DNA from: Methanobacteriota archaeon
GTDB taxonomy: Archaea; Thermoplasmatota; Thermoplasmata; SG8-5; JAGLSY01
Direction: 5' to 3'
Length of the DNA stretch: 64,000 nucleotides
Assembly (NCBI GenBank): GCA_020697715.1
Contig: JAEHCO010000003.1
Coordinates: 64,001 to 128,000 of the forward strand
The notes under the pieces were generated by a model. That model made no database searches, was not told the DNA's origin, and was given only the letters and a program-made list of their open reading frames with translations. The position numbers and the translations under genes were made by a program. The stretch's first letter is position 1; each line of letters starts with the position of its first letter. This document shows, in pieces, positions 60,451-64,000 of this stretch.

Positions 60451-60654
60451 GTATATTCCTTCTGAACCAAGATTGAGGGTTGTGTATATGAATTATACGT
60501 AAGACGGTTTTCACATACTGGCCCAATGTACGACATAATAATCTGCCGTAACCTCATCATTATAATTCTACTGAACTCGAAGCTGAATAAAGCTTCGATA
60601 GCCGAGGTTATGGCCCATGTATGATGACATACTGGACTTCTGTCCAGATTGTTA

Positions 60655-60777
60655 TCAGATCTGTACTATCCCGTAGATCGTGAAGGCAGCCAGCGAGAAT
60701 GAAACAAAACCCCATTTCATTGCCGCGAACCTCTGCCTTTCATCCATCCCATATATAATGCTTAGACTTTCGTCCAT
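60655..60777 (-). CDS. Putative 40-aa single-TM microprotein (below the ORF-track cutoff)
   Basis: MDESLSIIYGMDERQRFAAMKWGFVSFSLAAFTIYGIVQI followed by TGA TAA; TTTATATA about 22-30 bp upstream, consistent with a leaderless transcript. Confidence 0.5.
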   Translation of the reverse strand: MDESLSIIYGMDERQRFAAMKWGFVSFSLAAFTIYGIVQI

Positions 60778-61055
60778 AGATATCCCATCCAAGCAGGTAT
60801 ATATAAATAAATATATAAAAGTCTTTCGTAATATAAATTAAGCAATTAGCCATTGAACAAAATTATATTAAATAATAATATTGATATATATTTGTTTATC
60901 ACGCTGTTTTTCACCATGTTTATTTTGTATATCGTGATGATCGGAAATAACACTATCGCATGATATAGAAAATATAAAAACATTATATATCCAAAAAAGA
61001 ATGCAAGTCGGGATTCGATATCGAATTCAGATCGGAATTAAAAAGGGGTTTTCAG

Positions 61056-63662
61056 ATGACTGTGAAATATGTATATGCCTTCTCAGAGGGCAATGCTGGC
61101 ATGAAAGAATTGATGGGGGGCAAGGGAGCCAATCTTGCAGAGATGACCAAGATAGGGATCAATGTTCCACCTGGCTTCACATTAACCACCGAGGCTTGCA
61201 ATCAATTCCAGGATTCTGGAGAGATACTGGATGGGACATGGAAACAGGTTCTGAAGGCGATCAAGAAGCTGGAGACCCAAACAGGTAAAGGCCTTGGAGA
61301 TTCCAAAAATCCTCTGTTACTATCAGTCCGTTCTGGAGCCCCGGTCTCGATGCCTGGTATGATGGACACCGTGCTGAATCTTGGACTTAATGCGGAAACA
61401 GTGAAAGGAATGATAGAGAAGACAAATAATGAGAGATTTGTCTATGATTCATATCGCAGGTTCATACACATGTTCTCCAATGTTGTCCTGGGACTGCCGC
61501 ATTCTCAATTTGACGAGACACTGGACAAGTCCAAGGCCGATGCTGGAGTGGAACTGGACAGCGAGCTCGATGCTGACCAATTGAAGAAATTGGTTGAAGA
61601 TTATAAGGCGATAGTCAGTGCATCTGGTCTTGAATGGCCAGATGATCCACTCATGCAATTGAGATTGTCCATCGAGGCCGTCTTCAAGTCTTGGGACTTA
61701 AAGAGAGCCAGGGTGTACAGGGAGGCCAATGACATACCTCACAATTTGGGCACAGCGGTCAATGTACAATCCATGGTCTTCGGCAATATGGGCCAGAGTT
61801 CAGGAACAGGAGTCACTTTCAGCAGGAACCCATCCACTGGCGAGAATAAGATATATGGCGAATATCTGATGAACGCCCAGGGTGAAGATGTAGTAGCTGG
61901 CATAAGGACACCTCTTCCAATATCCCATATGGAGAAAGCCCTTCCAGATATCTACAAGAAATTCTGGGATATCGTAGACAGGTGCGAGAAGCATTATGGG
62001 GATATGCAGGACATGGAGTTCACCATAGAAGAAGGCGAACTGTTCATTTTACAAACAAGGACTGGCAAGCGCACGGCAGCCGCAGCTATCAAGATTGCCG
62101 TGGACATGGTGATCGAAGGCATAATTCCAAGAGAAGAGGCTCTAATGCGTATCGAGCCATCTGCCCTTAATCAGCTTCTTCACAAGCGCCTGGACCTATC
62201 AGGCGGAGAAAAAGAAGCGGCAACTGGCCTGCCCGCATCTCCAGGAGCAGCCGCGGGTGAGGTGGTCTTCAATGCGGATGAAGCACAACGTCTGAAAGAA
62301 GAGGAAGGAAAAGATGTAATTCTGGTATCGCCAGAGACATCGCCAGAGGACATTCATGGAATGATCGCTTCCGAAGGAATTCTAACATCAAGAGGTGGTA
62401 TGACATCCCATGCGGCCGTGGTGGCCAGAGGAATGGGCAAGCCCTGCATCTGTGGTTGTGATGACCTGAAGATCGGAAAAGGCGAATGCTATATCGACGA
62501 CCTCGTGATAAAAGAGGGCGATTGGGTCACATTGGACGGTACAACTGGCAAGGTTTACAAAGGTCAGGTTCACACTATCGATCCCGAGATGACATCGGAA
62601 TTCAAAGTATTCATGAACTGGGCTGATTCTATCAGCAGAATGACGGTGAAGACCAATGCCGAAGTTCCGGCTGATGTTCAAATTGCGAAGGACTTCGGAG
62701 CAGAAGGAATAGGTCTGGCAAGGACCGAGCACATGTTCTTCGGCGAGGACCGCCTACCGTGGATGAGAAGGATGGTACTGGCATCGACCCCTGAAGAAAG
62801 GCAGAAGGCACTGGATAAGCTTCTGCCGATGCAGAGAAAGGATTTCGAAGAGATATTCACGATAATGGACGGATTGCCAGTTATAATTCGATTACTGGAC
62901 CCGCCACTGCACGAGTTCCTTCCAAAGGACAGCGACGAGATCAAAGAGCTGTCCAAGACGCTGGACATACCTGTGAAGACCATCGAGGACACCATAGAGA
63001 ACCAGCATGAGTTCAATCCCATGCTGGGCTTCCGAGGTTGCAGGCTGGGCATCATGTATCCGGAAATAAACGCGATGCAGGCCAGAGCGATATTCGAGGC
63101 TGGCCTTGCTGTTCAGGAAAAGGGCATCAAGCCAATTATCCAAGTGGAGATCCCGCTCATCGGGAAATTGGAGGAGTTCAGGATGATAAATGACATCATC
63201 AAGGAGGTTGCCGTCGATATGCAGATAGCCGGTAAGCTGGACTACCAGATCGGGACCATGATAGAGGTTCCGAGGGCCGCTCTCACCGCGGATGAGATCG
63301 CTGTCGAAGTGGATTTCATGTCCTTCGGCACGAATGACCTCACTCAAATGACATGCGGACTGTCACGGGATGATGCTGGCAAGTTCCTGGGCATCTATGT
63401 TGATAAGGAAATTTATGACCGTGATCCATTCGAATCCATTGACCAGACTGGTGTTGGATTGCTTATGAAGATATGCGTGGAAAAGGCCAGGAAGATCAAG
63501 CCCGATATGGAGATCGGCATATGTGGGGAACATGGAGGAGAACCAGAATCCGTCAAGTTCTGCCATCGCATCGGGATCAATGATGTCAGTTGCTCACCAT
63601 TCCGTGTGCCAATTGCGAAGCTGGCCGCCGCTCAGGCTGTCATCGAGGAAAGGATGAAATAA
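61056..63662 (+). CDS. ppdK: Pyruvate, phosphate dikinase
   Basis: GGKGANLAEM, SMPGMMDTVLN, GGMTSHAAVVARG, SFGTNDLTQ, GICGEHGG. Confidence 0.97.
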   Translation: MTVKYVYAFSEGNAGMKELMGGKGANLAEMTKIGINVPPGFTLTTEACNQFQDSGEILDGTWKQVLKAIKKLETQTGKGLGDSKNPLLLSVRSGAPVSMPGMMDTVLNLGLNAETVKGMIEKTNNERFVYDSYRRFIHMFSNVVLGLPHSQFDETLDKSKADAGVELDSELDADQLKKLVEDYKAIVSASGLEWPDDPLMQLRLSIEAVFKSWDLKRARVYREANDIPHNLGTAVNVQSMVFGNMGQSSGTGVTFSRNPSTGENKIYGEYLMNAQGEDVVAGIRTPLPISHMEKALPDIYKKFWDIVDRCEKHYGDMQDMEFTIEEGELFILQTRTGKRTAAAAIKIAVDMVIEGIIPREEALMRIEPSALNQLLHKRLDLSGGEKEAATGLPASPGAAAGEVVFNADEAQRLKEEEGKDVILVSPETSPEDIHGMIASEGILTSRGGMTSHAAVVARGMGKPCICGCDDLKIGKGECYIDDLVIKEGDWVTLDGTTGKVYKGQVHTIDPEMTSEFKVFMNWADSISRMTVKTNAEVPADVQIAKDFGAEGIGLARTEHMFFGEDRLPWMRRMVLASTPEERQKALDKLLPMQRKDFEEIFTIMDGLPVIIRLLDPPLHEFLPKDSDEIKELSKTLDIPVKTIEDTIENQHEFNPMLGFRGCRLGIMYPEINAMQARAIFEAGLAVQEKGIKPIIQVEIPLIGKLEEFRMINDIIKEVAVDMQIAGKLDYQIGTMIEVPRAALTADEIAVEVDFMSFGTNDLTQMTCGLSRDDAGKFLGIYVDKEIYDRDPFESIDQTGVGLLMKICVEKARKIKPDMEIGICGEHGGEPESVKFCHRIGINDVSCSPFRVPIAKLAAAQAVIEERMK

Positions 63663-63685
63663 TAGATATCCAATGAAACAAAAAG

Positions 63686-63760
63686 TAGCGGGGAGTCGAT
63701 TTGAACGACTGATCTTCGGGTTATGAGCCCGACGGGATTTCCTGGCTACCCCACCCCGCT
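63686..63760 (-). tRNA. Initiator tRNA-Met (CAT), CCA not encoded
   Basis: AGCGGGG...CCCCGCT-A acceptor stem with A1:U72; anticodon arm TCGGG-CTCATAA-CCCGA with three G:C pairs; TTCAAAT T-loop. Confidence 0.95.
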
Positions 63761-63892
63761 ATGGTGATAAAAGTAGTATCATCCCGAATGCCCATTCTTT
63801 AATAAACCTATCGGCTTTTAAATATTATCATTACTAGACAAAATTAAATATCATCATCCCATTCCAAAATTATATCAATTGGAGTTGAAAAA

Positions 63893-64000
63893 ATGGACTG
63901 GGGTATGAAAAATCGTTTGTCAAAGATAATCAAACCAAAGGATGGAAGGACTGTAATGCTGGCCGTGGATCACGGCTATTTCATGGGGCCGACAACTGGC
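63893..64000 (+). CDS. lsrF: LsrF-like class I aldolase-fold thiolase, 5' end (truncated)
   Basis: [36 protein letters not shown] closely resembles the LsrF N-terminus. Confidence 0.85.
   Translation, partial: MDWGMKNRLSKIIKPKDGRTVMLAVDHGYFMGPTTG

Noticed and set aside
63686-63760. tRNA as an integration site for an island
   Set aside because: I found no duplicate of the tRNA 3' end and no integrase in the window

Overview
Archaeal chromosomal segment, most likely from an uncultured Thermoplasmatota-type organism (inferred from gene content and from the large TM-anchored Ig/TSP3-repeat surface proteins). Housekeeping content: Elp3 3' end, a Pcc1-prefoldin beta-DHH-DUF106-cmk-Cbf5 cluster, RNase HII, the HTH-HMG-CoA synthase-thiolase-DUF35 mevalonate cluster, nurA-herA-mre11-rad50-Nudix, Hel308, a Trm5/Taw2-family enzyme, Pelota, PEPCK, PPDK, initiator tRNA-Met and the lsrF 5' end. 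About 24 kb encodes five very large secreted or surface proteins. Most notable: (1) a Rab-like small GTPase plus coiled-coil gene converging on a ribbon-helix-helix/longin-like fusion, next to a histone-H1-like coiled-coil protein; (2) an unrecognised ~245-aa module present four times across two giant surface proteins; (3) an exported WD40 propeller nested in an Asp-box propeller, encoded inside the DNA-repair cluster; (4) several strongly base-paired intergenic elements. No CRISPR array, transposase, integrase or reverse transcriptase was seen. All family calls come from reading motifs by eye; no database searches were run.
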